This document shows, piece by piece, positions 9,959-18,346 of a stretch of DNA of 64,000 nt; positions within the stretch are counted from its first letter, which is position 1; every line of letters starts with the position of its first letter. The stretch lies in sequence record PV287714.1. One strand, 5' to 3'. The translations under genes and the position numbers were made by a program. The notes below the pieces were generated by a model. That model worked only from the letters and a program-made list of their open reading frames with translations. It was not told the DNA's origin and searched no databases. The stretch is from Escherichia phage HMD-9.

Positions 9959-10266
9959 CGTAAATTCCCTGCAATTGGTATACTAACAATACGCCCAGTA
10001 TCTAAAATTCGCCGATATAATCTTTGCGTGTCTACATCAGGCTTAACATGTTTAACTTCTATTTTATTAAACCAAAACTTGCGTGGAGTCTCAACTAATC
10101 TCGGAATTCCCATACCTAAAGCTAGTCGATACTGCTCTTTAAGAGTTGTAAATACTTTATCAGCAATCTCCCTTTCAAAAAATACAGCAGGACGATGTTC
10201 ATCAAGAGGAACAGGCACCGCAAATCCATCTTTATCTCTATACACTATCGCATATACATGAAACAT
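9955..10266 (-). CDS. hypothetical protein (dda.1-like position)
   Basis: 103-aa track ORF, 4-nt overlap with dda. Confidence 0.55.
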   Translation of the reverse strand: MFHVYAIVYRDKDGFAVPVPLDEHRPAVFFEREIADKVFTTLKEQYRLALGMGIPRLVETPRKFWFNKIEVKHVKPDVDTQRLYRRILDTGRIVSIPIAGNLR

Positions 10267-10267
10267 A

Positions 10268-11014
10268 TTATCCTCGGATAAGTTTAAAAATTGAACAATT
10301 TAGCGGGTATCCTCTTTTCAGTTTAAGTTTATCAATAAAAGACAAGTTTTGATACCGCTCTACACCTTGAATAATTTTATCACACATATCATATTGCATT
10401 TCTGCTTCTGACAACTTTTTCACAGTTTTCCAATCCGAGCCTTTAAGAAGAACGTTCAATTTAACAACTTCAGCGCCTTCTGCTATACGAGAACCATCAA
10501 TACGAGCTTTAAGTGCTATAATCGTTAGCTTAACGTCAGAAGTTTGTTTTGATTTAGAAAGCTGAGAAATGTGTTCAATTCTGTTTTCACGTTTTTTCTG
10601 TATAGCTTTAATTTGATTATAAGTCTTTTTGATTTTAGCCCATTTCTTTTCATCTAAATTTAGTTTATGAACTTTTTTCGCAGATGAACGACCAATTCGT
10701 AAAGCAAACAAATCACGCTTTTCAATCAACTCTTCTAAAGTATAATCAGAACGAAATGTATTATACTTTTTCTTTACTGCAATAACATTCCCTTTAATAT
10801 ATCCAACGTTATTATCAAAACGTTCTAATGATAATTTCTCTCCTTCAATACGATTATCAAAAGGTTCTCCCGAGTAAGCGCAAACTTTCTGATCTAAAAT
10901 GTTCTTAATGTAATTGAAGTCCAAGTTAAAATCTTTAGAGCGTCTTTTAGCTGATGCCTGAGTATGCTCTAGACGACGTGTAATTTTACGAATTTGATTT
11001 TTAGACAGTTTCAT
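10268..11014 (-). CDS. srd: Srd-like protein (position of T4 srd); contains degenerate HNH-like motif
   Basis: 248-aa track ORF between dda.1 and modA; CAYSGEPF...LSLERFDNNVGYIKGNVIAV resembles HNH_3 core with His replaced. Confidence 0.55.
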   Translation of the reverse strand: MKLSKNQIRKITRRLEHTQASAKRRSKDFNLDFNYIKNILDQKVCAYSGEPFDNRIEGEKLSLERFDNNVGYIKGNVIAVKKKYNTFRSDYTLEELIEKRDLFALRIGRSSAKKVHKLNLDEKKWAKIKKTYNQIKAIQKKRENRIEHISQLSKSKQTSDVKLTIIALKARIDGSRIAEGAEVVKLNVLLKGSDWKTVKKLSEAEMQYDMCDKIIQGVERYQNLSFIDKLKLKRGYPLNCSIFKLIRG

Positions 11015-11043
11015 ATTTTTCTCACGGACGGTTAACTACTTAT

Positions 11044-11073
11044 ACTATATCATTTTTACTTCAGCTTGTAAAC
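11044..11073 (-). promoter_or_regulatory. T4-type early promoter
   Basis: Reverse complement GTTTACaagctgaagtaaaaatgaTATAGT. Confidence 0.55.
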
Positions 11074-11129
11074 AACTTTATGAAAAATGCTTTAAAACTT
11101 TCATGGTATAATGAATCTAAGTCCTTCCA

Positions 11130-11732
11130 TTATAGATTAAATCCTTCAAAATCAAGAGTATAGATAGTGTATGTTGAATGCTTTTTATACTCATATCTAT
11201 CTGCAATTCTAAATACACTTCCAGCTGGTATCATTACTTCTTGTTCATCTGAAACTAATTCCATATTACGATAGCGATGGCTATCCGGAAACTTAAAACT
11301 CGGACTATATTCTTTACAACGTAGAGCTTTTATAGCATACTCCTGAAAATTAAATACCATAGGAGCTTTGAATTCAAAAATAACTTGTGTGTTGTATTCT
11401 AATCCAGAAGCAAAATGTAGAGCTATATTTTTATCATATGAAGCTGATACTACTTTATCAAATGTAATAATATCAATTCCTTGATTTAACACCTGCTTAG
11501 TCTCAACTGGAACACCTCTCCAAAGAGGTTTATCGTTTGGTTCCAAACGAGATTTGATTATTTCATTTAACCAAGAATGATCGTCTGGCTTATTAGTAAT
11601 ACAATGAATTAAAAGTTCAATTTCAGATAAATTAAATCCTTCAGAAAGTAATTCTTCACGAATAGAAGCACGCACCGATGCATCCATTGATTTGATTTTA
11701 AAATCTTTTAATTGCATTGCTGAATATTTCAT
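11130..11732 (-). CDS. modA: ADP-ribosyltransferase ModA
   Basis: 200-aa track ORF, lower-coordinate member of tandem ADP-ribosyltransferase pair as in T4. Confidence 0.8.
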   Translation of the reverse strand: MKYSAMQLKDFKIKSMDASVRASIREELLSEGFNLSEIELLIHCITNKPDDHSWLNEIIKSRLEPNDKPLWRGVPVETKQVLNQGIDIITFDKVVSASYDKNIALHFASGLEYNTQVIFEFKAPMVFNFQEYAIKALRCKEYSPSFKFPDSHRYRNMELVSDEQEVMIPAGSVFRIADRYEYKKHSTYTIYTLDFEGFNL

Positions 11733-12364
11733 TCAACTACCTCAATATCATACACTTTAAATGTTCCAAACGAATCGTGTAATTTTTCTTTTGAAATAGA
11801 AGTTATTTTATACTTTCCAATTGGAATCATCCATTCTTGTTCACGCACAATCATCATTAAGTTATCAGTACGTTCTGAATCTAATCCATCAGTATCTTCA
11901 TATGTATACTTAAACTCAGTATTAGGAGAAGAAAGTATAATATCGCTGATATGGTCAGAGTAATTAAAAGCTTTATCAGTTTTTAAGCGAAGTACTATTT
12001 CAGTGAAATATTCAGCATAAGAAAAAGAACACGCTGTATGCAAACTAGTAGTAAATGAATCTACTCTGTTCGTTGAAAACACTTCTCCAACTTGTAAATC
12101 TTTAATGAGTTCTTTTGTCGATTTTGATATACCACGATATAGCTGATAAGGCGATTTAGTTAAATGCTTTTTAACGATTTTATTCAACTGCCGATGAAGA
12201 GCTTCATTCTTTTTGGCTTCCATACATTGCCAAAGAACTGACTGCTCAAAGTCAGTAAATTTTTCACAGACTTTTTTATACATATCATATTGAAAATCGA
12301 CACTTTCAGCTTTTATAGATAACTGTTCAACATCTGCAAGATTAATAATCATGATAGCCTCCAT
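11729..12364 (-). CDS. modB: ADP-ribosyltransferase ModB
   Basis: 211-aa track ORF, paralogous to ModA, 4-nt overlap. Confidence 0.8.
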   Translation of the reverse strand: MEAIMIINLADVEQLSIKAESVDFQYDMYKKVCEKFTDFEQSVLWQCMEAKKNEALHRQLNKIVKKHLTKSPYQLYRGISKSTKELIKDLQVGEVFSTNRVDSFTTSLHTACSFSYAEYFTEIVLRLKTDKAFNYSDHISDIILSSPNTEFKYTYEDTDGLDSERTDNLMMIVREQEWMIPIGKYKITSISKEKLHDSFGTFKVYDIEVVE

Positions 12365-12378
12365 ATACTTCAGAAGCT

Positions 12379-12408
12379 ATCATATCATTGTTAGGAAGGA
12401 AAGTAAAC
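12379..12408 (-). promoter_or_regulatory. T4-type early promoter
   Basis: Reverse complement GTTTACtttccttcctaacaatgaTATGAT. Confidence 0.55.
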
Positions 12409-12419
12409 AACTTTTTGAA

Positions 12420-12602
12420 TTATTTTGCCCAGGGAGCCCAGGGCGGAGGGTCAAGATGGTATGAAGCTAGTTCTTCTAGAAGAGCATCTGGGGCTTCAAT
12501 TCCATAATTCTGTAATACTATACGGTACTCTTTCTTATAATCACTAGAATCATTCTGGATATTCGTAGAATGATTATCTTCTAACATCTCAAATAAATCC
12601 AT
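12420..12602 (-). CDS. hypothetical small protein
   Basis: 60-aa track ORF. Confidence 0.45.
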   Translation of the reverse strand: MDLFEMLEDNHSTNIQNDSSDYKKEYRIVLQNYGIEAPDALLEELASYHLDPPPWAPWAK

Positions 12603-12610
12603 ATTAATTC

Positions 12611-13081
12611 CTAGCGATAAAAACCAAACCGACGATTAGTTTCAATAATCTTTCTTTCTTCTTCGGACATTCTCCAGCGTAGTCCAACATCAAAATGAGC
12701 CCAGACCATCTTAACGAATGCATTTATATCTTTAATATCTTCAATAATGAATGTTTTACTTTTAGAAGGTTGACTCGCTAATTTAACTTTATCGTCTTCA
12801 AACAGGTCAAAAAGACCATATTCATGAGCTCTTTTATAGCCTTTAATAGTTAAAGCTTCAGAAGAAGAAAATGGTGAATCAGTATTCTGCAAAATATCTT
12901 CAGTATGCTTTATAATTAGAATAACATTTTCTGGATATTTTCTTTCTTTTATATCTTTAATTAAAATATCCGGATTTTCTGCTAAAGGAATAATTAATGA
13001 GCACTCTTTATCAAGTGTATTTACTGATTTACCTTCTTTAGACATAAATTCTATTGAATAATGTTTTGCTACTTCAATCAT
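12611..13081 (-). CDS. hypothetical protein
   Basis: 156-aa track ORF. Confidence 0.5.
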   Translation of the reverse strand: MIEVAKHYSIEFMSKEGKSVNTLDKECSLIIPLAENPDILIKDIKERKYPENVILIIKHTEDILQNTDSPFSSSEALTIKGYKRAHEYGLFDLFEDDKVKLASQPSKSKTFIIEDIKDINAFVKMVWAHFDVGLRWRMSEEERKIIETNRRFGFYR

Positions 13082-13234
13082 GTGATTTCCTCTTGCCTAC
13101 TAATGGGCCGTCAGGAATTTTGTTTTCCTGGATATATTTCTCATTTTCTTCCATCATTTTACTGCCAATTTTAAGAAGCAAATCCAATGCTTCATTTGCT
13201 TTAGCCTTGGCCTCTTCTAGCATCATATCTCTGT

Positions 13235-13438
13235 TCATGATTTATCCCCATAGATGTCTCTCATCAATTTAAGCGCTGAGCGTTCTAATTTCTTTTCTTT
13301 CTCAACGCTAATCATTGATTTCATCCATTCTTCTGATTCGTTCTGCATTTCTTTATTTGCTTGTTCAACCCAACCATCATCAATGTACATTGAGTTTGGT
13401 CTATTGAACCATTCAAACATTTTCTTCAGAACTTTCAT
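13235..13438 (-). CDS. hypothetical small protein
   Basis: 67-aa track ORF. Confidence 0.4.
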   Translation of the reverse strand: MKVLKKMFEWFNRPNSMYIDDGWVEQANKEMQNESEEWMKSMISVEKEKKLERSALKLMRDIYGDKS

Positions 13439-13898
13439 TTGTTTTACCTAAAACAACAGCAGGAGCATCATCAAATTCATGAATTTTTAGCAAATTTGGA
13501 TGTAAACTATTCCATACAGAAGAAATAAAGTATGATAAAGCATCTTCACTCACAATTATAAATTTATTTCCTTTATCTATTTTCCAACTATATAGTGAAT
13601 CGTACGAATAAAAAGATAAAGGATTATCATTATATTGTTCTGCGCTAACATTAATGTATTCGGATTTAGTAAATGCTTCAATTGCTCTAAATGGAATATT
13701 TGGTACAGTTTCAATGATACCAATCTTTTTAAGCTTTATTTCAGCATCTTCTGGAACTGGCATTGAAACGAAATTTTCTACGAGATACATTGGGTCACAA
13801 TAACCCTTATCAATCATTACTGCTACTGTAATTGGAACATCTTTAGCAAACGACATACTATTACTGCTAATATACATTTCAAACAAAATCGCTTCCAT
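13413..13898 (-). CDS. hypothetical protein, 161 aa (mrh-like position)
   Basis: Track ORF trimmed to ATG at 13896-13898 with GAGGAAAA SD (MEAILFEMY...). Confidence 0.55.
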   Translation of the reverse strand: MEAILFEMYISSNSMSFAKDVPITVAVMIDKGYCDPMYLVENFVSMPVPEDAEIKLKKIGIIETVPNIPFRAIEAFTKSEYINVSAEQYNDNPLSFYSYDSLYSWKIDKGNKFIIVSEDALSYFISSVWNSLHPNLLKIHEFDDAPAVVLGKTNESSEENV

Positions 13899-13906
13899 AA
13901 TTTTCC

Positions 13907-14248
13907 TCAATCACAAGATGTAGATGAACAACTAGAATCGCAAGAACTTCCACACGAATCGCCCGTCCATACATGAACAGGAACATTAGTGTCATATGAA
14001 TCAGAACTAGACTGTGTATTCTGTGTATTAGATGATGTAGTAGGTGTTGACCAACGCCAAGGATTTTTATAATATTCTTGGGCTTCTTCATAAGTCATAG
14101 TAACCGCTTCTACTGTTCCATCTCCCATATAAACATATTCAACTACAGTTAAAGGAAGGTAGTCATTTGAAATAGGAACTACACCTTCTCCAGGAGCTGT
14201 AGAGAAAAAATCCGTAAAGAAATTTTTAAACCAGTTAAAGATAAACAT
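13907..14248 (-). CDS. hypothetical protein with Cys/Ser-rich C-terminal tail
   Basis: 113-aa track ORF ending [19 protein letters not shown]. Confidence 0.5.
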   Translation of the reverse strand: MFIFNWFKNFFTDFFSTAPGEGVVPISNDYLPLTVVEYVYMGDGTVEAVTMTYEEAQEYYKNPWRWSTPTTSSNTQNTQSSSDSYDTNVPVHVWTGDSCGSSCDSSCSSTSCD

Positions 14249-14460
14249 TACAAAAAGCCTCTTTGAAATTCGACTCTTTGAAATCCACCCCAGTCAGTGT
14301 ATCGCATTTCAGCATTGAACTCGACTGAACCATCTGCATGCATCATGAATGAATGCGTGACGATATCACAATCCCAGCTTTTCATATCCCATTTATCAGA
14401 GATAGCTTTATCAAGAACCTTCTGGAGGTCTTCATTTGGTTTAATCCAACGATTTAACAT
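14248..14460 (-). CDS. hypothetical small protein
   Basis: 70-aa track ORF with GGAGAG SD just downstream of early promoter. Confidence 0.5.
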   Translation of the reverse strand: MLNRWIKPNEDLQKVLDKAISDKWDMKSWDCDIVTHSFMMHADGSVEFNAEMRYTDWGGFQRVEFQRGFL

Positions 14461-14486
14461 AGTGCTCTCCTCTATAAGATAATTCT

Positions 14487-14516
14487 ATTATACCATACTC
14501 ATTTTGGAAAGTAAAC
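14487..14516 (-). promoter_or_regulatory. T4-type early promoter
   Basis: Reverse complement GTTTACtttccaaaatgagtatggTATAAT. Confidence 0.6.
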
Positions 14517-14530
14517 CGGTAAAATGAAAA

Positions 14531-14552
14531 AAGGACTCCCAAAGGAGTCCTT
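14531..14552 (-). terminator. rho-independent terminator downstream of soc
   Basis: aaggactcc-caaa-ggagtcctt hairpin followed on minus strand by U run. Confidence 0.6.
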
Positions 14553-14558
14553 GAATTA

Positions 14559-14795
14559 TTAACCGCCTATTTGTGTAGGCGTAAACATTGCAGCATTCTT
14601 AGTTTTCCAAGTTGCTGCATCGGAAACTACATCAGAATAAGCTGCTTTTTCTGACGGAAAGATTTGATAATGAGAATCTGCGATACGATGCTCGTTAGAA
14701 TAAATTTCAAACGGAACAGAAACTTCCATACCTTTAACTTCTTTGCCTTCACCTGCTGGATGAGTAAAGGTCTTGATGTTAACGAAACCACCCAT
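14559..14795 (-). CDS. soc: small outer capsid protein Soc
   Basis: 78-aa track ORF; VNIKTF...HYQIFPSEKAAYS matches Soc. Confidence 0.85.
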   Translation of the reverse strand: MGGFVNIKTFTHPAGEGKEVKGMEVSVPFEIYSNEHRIADSHYQIFPSEKAAYSDVVSDAATWKTKNAAMFTPTQIGG

Positions 14796-14826
14796 AATAA
14801 ACTCCTTTATTGTTTAATTACAAGTG

Positions 14827-14834
14827 TATTTATA
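14827..14834 (-). promoter_or_regulatory. T4 late promoter (TATAAATA) upstream of soc
   Basis: Plus strand tatttata = TATAAATA on minus strand, about 32 nt upstream of soc ATG. Confidence 0.6.
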
Positions 14835-14899
14835 TCAGTTTTCATTGAAAACTTGTGCCATGAATTCATGTTCATCTTGAATTTGTTTATATAAAGACA

Positions 14900-15415
14900 T
14901 TAATACCCATTATCTTGACGTTCAAAATTATGTTTATTTTTCAAATAATAAAGTTTAAAGATTTCTTCCGCATTCATTCCAAGACCAGCAAACATATTTA
15001 ATACGAAATGAAATATATCAACAAGCTCAAATTTAATTTCGAGCTGATCTTCTGGGGACATTTCATCAATGCGTTTTTCTTGCGCTTCAATATAACGCGC
15101 TTTCCATTTTTTCCAAACTGCCGATGCGTCTTTTTCACCACGTGACATTTCACCAAGAGAAGTCAGAAGTTCACGGAATTCATCATCAATACAGTCTTTT
15201 TGTTCACGCATCCAAGAAACAACATCACCGGCAGTTTCTAATTTATCTGGATGATAGCAGTATTCGCGATCATTTGCTAAACGAACCTGCAGAGATTTCT
15301 GCATATCAAGCATAACCTGCAGCGGGTCTTTTTCATCACCGAGAATATTCCAGTATTCATTTTGAGCTTTATCAGCGCCTTCGATCAGTTGACTACATTC
15401 GTTAAAGTATGCCAT
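14900..15415 (-). CDS. 56: dCTP pyrophosphatase gp56 (MazG-like)
   Basis: Track ORF trimmed to internal ATG (MAYFNECSQL...) giving 171 aa as in T4; GAAAGGAA SD. Confidence 0.9.
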   Translation of the reverse strand: MAYFNECSQLIEGADKAQNEYWNILGDEKDPLQVMLDMQKSLQVRLANDREYCYHPDKLETAGDVVSWMREQKDCIDDEFRELLTSLGEMSRGEKDASAVWKKWKARYIEAQEKRIDEMSPEDQLEIKFELVDIFHFVLNMFAGLGMNAEEIFKLYYLKNKHNFERQDNGY

Positions 15416-15449
15416 TATTTTTCCTTTCAATTCATGGGTTAGTAGATTA

Positions 15450-15476
15450 ATTATACAATAAATATATAAAGCAATA
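15450..15476 (-). promoter_or_regulatory. MotA-dependent middle promoter for gene 56
   Basis: Minus strand TTGCTTTA MotA box, 11 bp, TATAAT. Confidence 0.55.
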
Positions 15477-15486
15477 AGGAGGACAT

Positions 15487-15687
15487 ATGGTACAAAAATT
15501 AATGGCACTTGTTAATGCCATCAAAGGTAATAAAAAACGTATAGCTTTTACTATTTCTGCTATGATAGGAATTTTACTCTGGAATTTTGTTTTATCGCCA
15601 ATTGCTATTGCTCATGGCGTTAATATTCCAGTAATTACTCTTGATACATTCGTAGATTTAGCATTTGCTTTAGTTGGGTTAATTTAA
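15487..15687 (+). CDS. plus-strand small membrane protein (two predicted TM helices), 66 aa
   Basis: Only intergenic plus-strand ORF; AAGGAGG SD 4 nt before ATG; exactly fills gap between 56 and 61. Confidence 0.4.
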   Translation: MVQKLMALVNAIKGNKKRIAFTISAMIGILLWNFVLSPIAIAHGVNIPVITLDTFVDLAFALVGLI

Positions 15688-16712
15688 ATCTTAGCATATT
15701 TAGATAACCGCATTTTAGCCATCAACCCCTGAGCAATATTATTTCTCATATATTCCATAATTTGTTCAGGGGTTGCACCTTCCTTTCTAATCATATCATT
15801 AACATCTTTTGATTTCCAGGGAGATTTATCCCAAAACATAACCCTTTCTCCTGCATCAACTAATTTAGTCATTCGTTTAATAGTGTCAGGGTGACGAGGT
15901 TCATTATCTAAGACCCACACTCGTCTATCTTTAAATGGAACAACTTCTAGGTCTAATTGACCACCCGTAATAGCTATACCATTTTCAATAAAAAGTGAAT
16001 CTATAGGTCCTTCTAGAACATATACATCACCATCTTTAACTCGTTCAACGCCATATATTTTTGTTGCCTCAGGATAAGCTTTGATGGTGATATATTTTTG
16101 AGGAGCATCTTTCTTTAATGCACGTCCTTGAAAAGACTCAGCTTTTCCATTAGCATTATAAATTGGAATAACAAGACGAGGCTCAGGTATTTCCTTTTTG
16201 TATGTTCCTGGTGCTATGCTATTAACTAATTTAGGCCATTCGGTTGTAAACCAAAGATATTTCCATTTGTCCTTTGGAATACAACGAGCTTTTACGTATT
16301 TTATAATTGGATGGTCTTCCGTCAGTTTATCTAATCTAATGCATGACGGAAGAGATTTAATTATTTTCTTCTCAGGTTGTTTAGGAAATTCTTTAGGTTT
16401 TTCTACTGGACGACTTTTACCTTTTTCTTTTCTTATTTCAAAGATATACTCACGATATAAATCAGGTTCAAACTCCTTTAAATATATTCCGATTGGTGCA
16501 TGATAGTTGCAGTTATAACAATGAATATTTCCTTCATTATTATCGCCATAATACCATCCACGGGCTTTATTTTGGTCGGTTTTTGAATCTCCACAAACAG
16601 GGCATCTAAACCGCAATTTAAAAGTTGAACTATTATTTACTTGTGTGAATTTAGGTAAATGAGCTAATGCACGGTATGCAAACTCATTATCAATCCAAGG
16701 TATTGATGACAT
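15684..16712 (-). CDS. 61: DNA primase gp61
   Basis: 342-aa track ORF; zinc ribbon Cys37/Cys40 (RCPVCGDS) and HCYNC; matches T4 gp61. Confidence 0.95.
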   Translation of the reverse strand: MSSIPWIDNEFAYRALAHLPKFTQVNNSSTFKLRFRCPVCGDSKTDQNKARGWYYGDNNEGNIHCYNCNYHAPIGIYLKEFEPDLYREYIFEIRKEKGKSRPVEKPKEFPKQPEKKIIKSLPSCIRLDKLTEDHPIIKYVKARCIPKDKWKYLWFTTEWPKLVNSIAPGTYKKEIPEPRLVIPIYNANGKAESFQGRALKKDAPQKYITIKAYPEATKIYGVERVKDGDVYVLEGPIDSLFIENGIAITGGQLDLEVVPFKDRRVWVLDNEPRHPDTIKRMTKLVDAGERVMFWDKSPWKSKDVNDMIRKEGATPEQIMEYMRNNIAQGLMAKMRLSKYAKI

Positions 16713-16714
16713 TT

Positions 16715-16879
16715 TTACTCTTCTTTTTCTTTAGATTCCTCTTTTTTCTTTTTAGGAATCTGTTCAGGACCTTTATTTACTACAGCGCCTGACGTTGTTC
16801 CAGTAGAGATATTTTCAGGATTACCGCCTGAATCTCCAGCGACCATATCTTCTTTAATAAATTCTTTATATGTTTTCAT
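16715..16879 (-). CDS. small protein with capsid-targeting-sequence-like N-terminus, 54 aa
   Basis: ORF below track cutoff: MKTYKEFIKEDMVAG...; GAGG SD; stop 2 nt before gene 61 ATG. Confidence 0.45.
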   Translation of the reverse strand: MKTYKEFIKEDMVAGDSGGNPENISTGTTSGAVVNKGPEQIPKKKKEESKEKEE

Positions 16880-16880
16880 A

Positions 16881-17492
16881 TTAACCTCTATTCATAAAAG
16901 CATTAAAAATTTGGTCATCAATAGACTGTTTTTCTGATGGTAATTCATATCCACATATTACAATTTTGTGATCAATATCAAAATACACAGAAGCAATATG
17001 ATTAATGATGTTTTCAGTAAAGTCTAAATCAACATCAATATCTTTTTGACCACAGCCCAAAGGATAAATAATGCGAGTAATTCGATTATCTTTAACAAAG
17101 ATTCCACCGACATACTCTGTGTTGCGTTTAAAGTCTACACGGCGACGTAATGAAAAATATTCAGGCTCTTTATGAGCTCGGCTCATAGGACACAACGAGT
17201 AACTAGAATAAGAGATGTCAAATCCTACGCCTTCAATATGAGCCAAAGTATCATGATTAAACCAATTATAATCGTACGCCAAATCCATTAGATTATAATA
17301 TGTAAAAGGCACCGGATTAACATCATTAGTCACAAGCATGTAATTAGCAACTGCTATAATTTCATTGTTTTTGACGAATACAAACCGCGATTGATGTGAA
17401 TGACCTGGACCCGCGTTTTCACGATTAATGATATAACACTGGGCACCTTTATATTTGTATGTATCTTTGCACTTGTGCATTTGGTAGAGCAT
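16881..17492 (-). CDS. hypothetical protein (61.1/61.2 region)
   Basis: 203-aa track ORF between spackle and primase. Confidence 0.6.
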   Translation of the reverse strand: MLYQMHKCKDTYKYKGAQCYIINRENAGPGHSHQSRFVFVKNNEIIAVANYMLVTNDVNPVPFTYYNLMDLAYDYNWFNHDTLAHIEGVGFDISYSSYSLCPMSRAHKEPEYFSLRRRVDFKRNTEYVGGIFVKDNRITRIIYPLGCGQKDIDVDLDFTENIINHIASVYFDIDHKIVICGYELPSEKQSIDDQIFNAFMNRG

Positions 17493-17785
17493 TATTCACC
17501 TACCACTTCAGCGATGATATTTTTATTATTAAAGTTTTTATCGCAATATAGAACATAATTATACTGCATTACACCACCAGACTTAAGCTGTTTTTGCACT
17601 TCAGCTTTCATTTCAGGACGATCACGCTCAACGATATTCATAATATCCGCTTCAATTTGAGTTTCAACTTCAGTCTGATCTGCAGTCATAGACCATTCAC
17701 ACAAATCTGTGTCATAACCCGCCATAGCAGGCTGAGCAGCACAAGAAGATAAAGCAAAAATTGCAGCAAAGATAAATTTTTTCAT
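17492..17785 (-). CDS. sp: Spackle periplasmic protein
   Basis: 97-aa track ORF with signal peptide; size and position of T4 sp (61.3). Confidence 0.75.
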   Translation of the reverse strand: MKKFIFAAIFALSSCAAQPAMAGYDTDLCEWSMTADQTEVETQIEADIMNIVERDRPEMKAEVQKQLKSGGVMQYNYVLYCDKNFNNKNIIAEVVGE

Positions 17786-17845
17786 GATAATCTCCTCAGC
17801 AGTTTATGTTTATAAAGTATCTCAATTTCCAATAAAAGTAAACAG

Positions 17846-18103
17846 TTATTTTAAAACTTCTACATAATCACATGTTACAAACTGTTTCTCTAACTTGGCG
17901 ATTTTACGAAAGTATCTTTTGCATTGGCGAATCTGTCGCTTCGTAGGGCGCACAGCAAACTTAATAAATTCCACTCGACCAAATGGAGGACTTTCTTCTG
18001 CTGGAATATCTAACACTAATTCCCACGTATCCGCAATAAGTGCCTTGAATTGAGTATTTTTCCTGACATTATACGGAGTAGGTTTAAATAAAACAATGTG
18101 CAT
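17846..18103 (-). CDS. hypothetical protein (61.4-like position)
   Basis: 85-aa track ORF. Confidence 0.55.
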   Translation of the reverse strand: MHIVLFKPTPYNVRKNTQFKALIADTWELVLDIPAEESPPFGRVEFIKFAVRPTKRQIRQCKRYFRKIAKLEKQFVTCDYVEVLK

Positions 18104-18104
18104 A

Positions 18105-18287
18105 TTATCCTCTGCAATCTACTTCACACACTTTCTTGTCATCAATGAAAGCTTTAACTAGTGCTTTATTAACTTCAGCATATTGAGTAGTAGCCCATTG
18201 AACGTCATCTTTCATCATTGTGATTTCTTTAGTAAACATGCTTTCATTCTTAAACCACCCCATAAAAACTACCTTTACCAATTCCAT
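18105..18287 (-). CDS. dmd: Dmd antitoxin (inhibitor of RnlA/LsoA)
   Basis: 60-aa track ORF adjacent to gene 41; size and position of T4 dmd (61.5). Confidence 0.75.
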   Translation of the reverse strand: MELVKVVFMGWFKNESMFTKEITMMKDDVQWATTQYAEVNKALVKAFIDDKKVCEVDCRG

Positions 18288-18316
18288 AACAATCTCCTCA
18301 TTTAACCAACAAGACT

Positions 18317-18346
18317 ACTATACCATAGTCTTGTCAGCTTGTAAAC
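18317..18346 (-). promoter_or_regulatory. T4-type early promoter
   Basis: Reverse complement GTTTACaagctgacaagactatggTATAGT. Confidence 0.55.

Noticed and set aside
14900-15508. Long N-terminal extension of the gp56 ORF (202 aa)
   Set aside because: The first 31 codons are hydrophobic read-through of the promoter region; the internal ATG with GAAAGGAA Shine-Dalgarno gives the expected 171-aa product.
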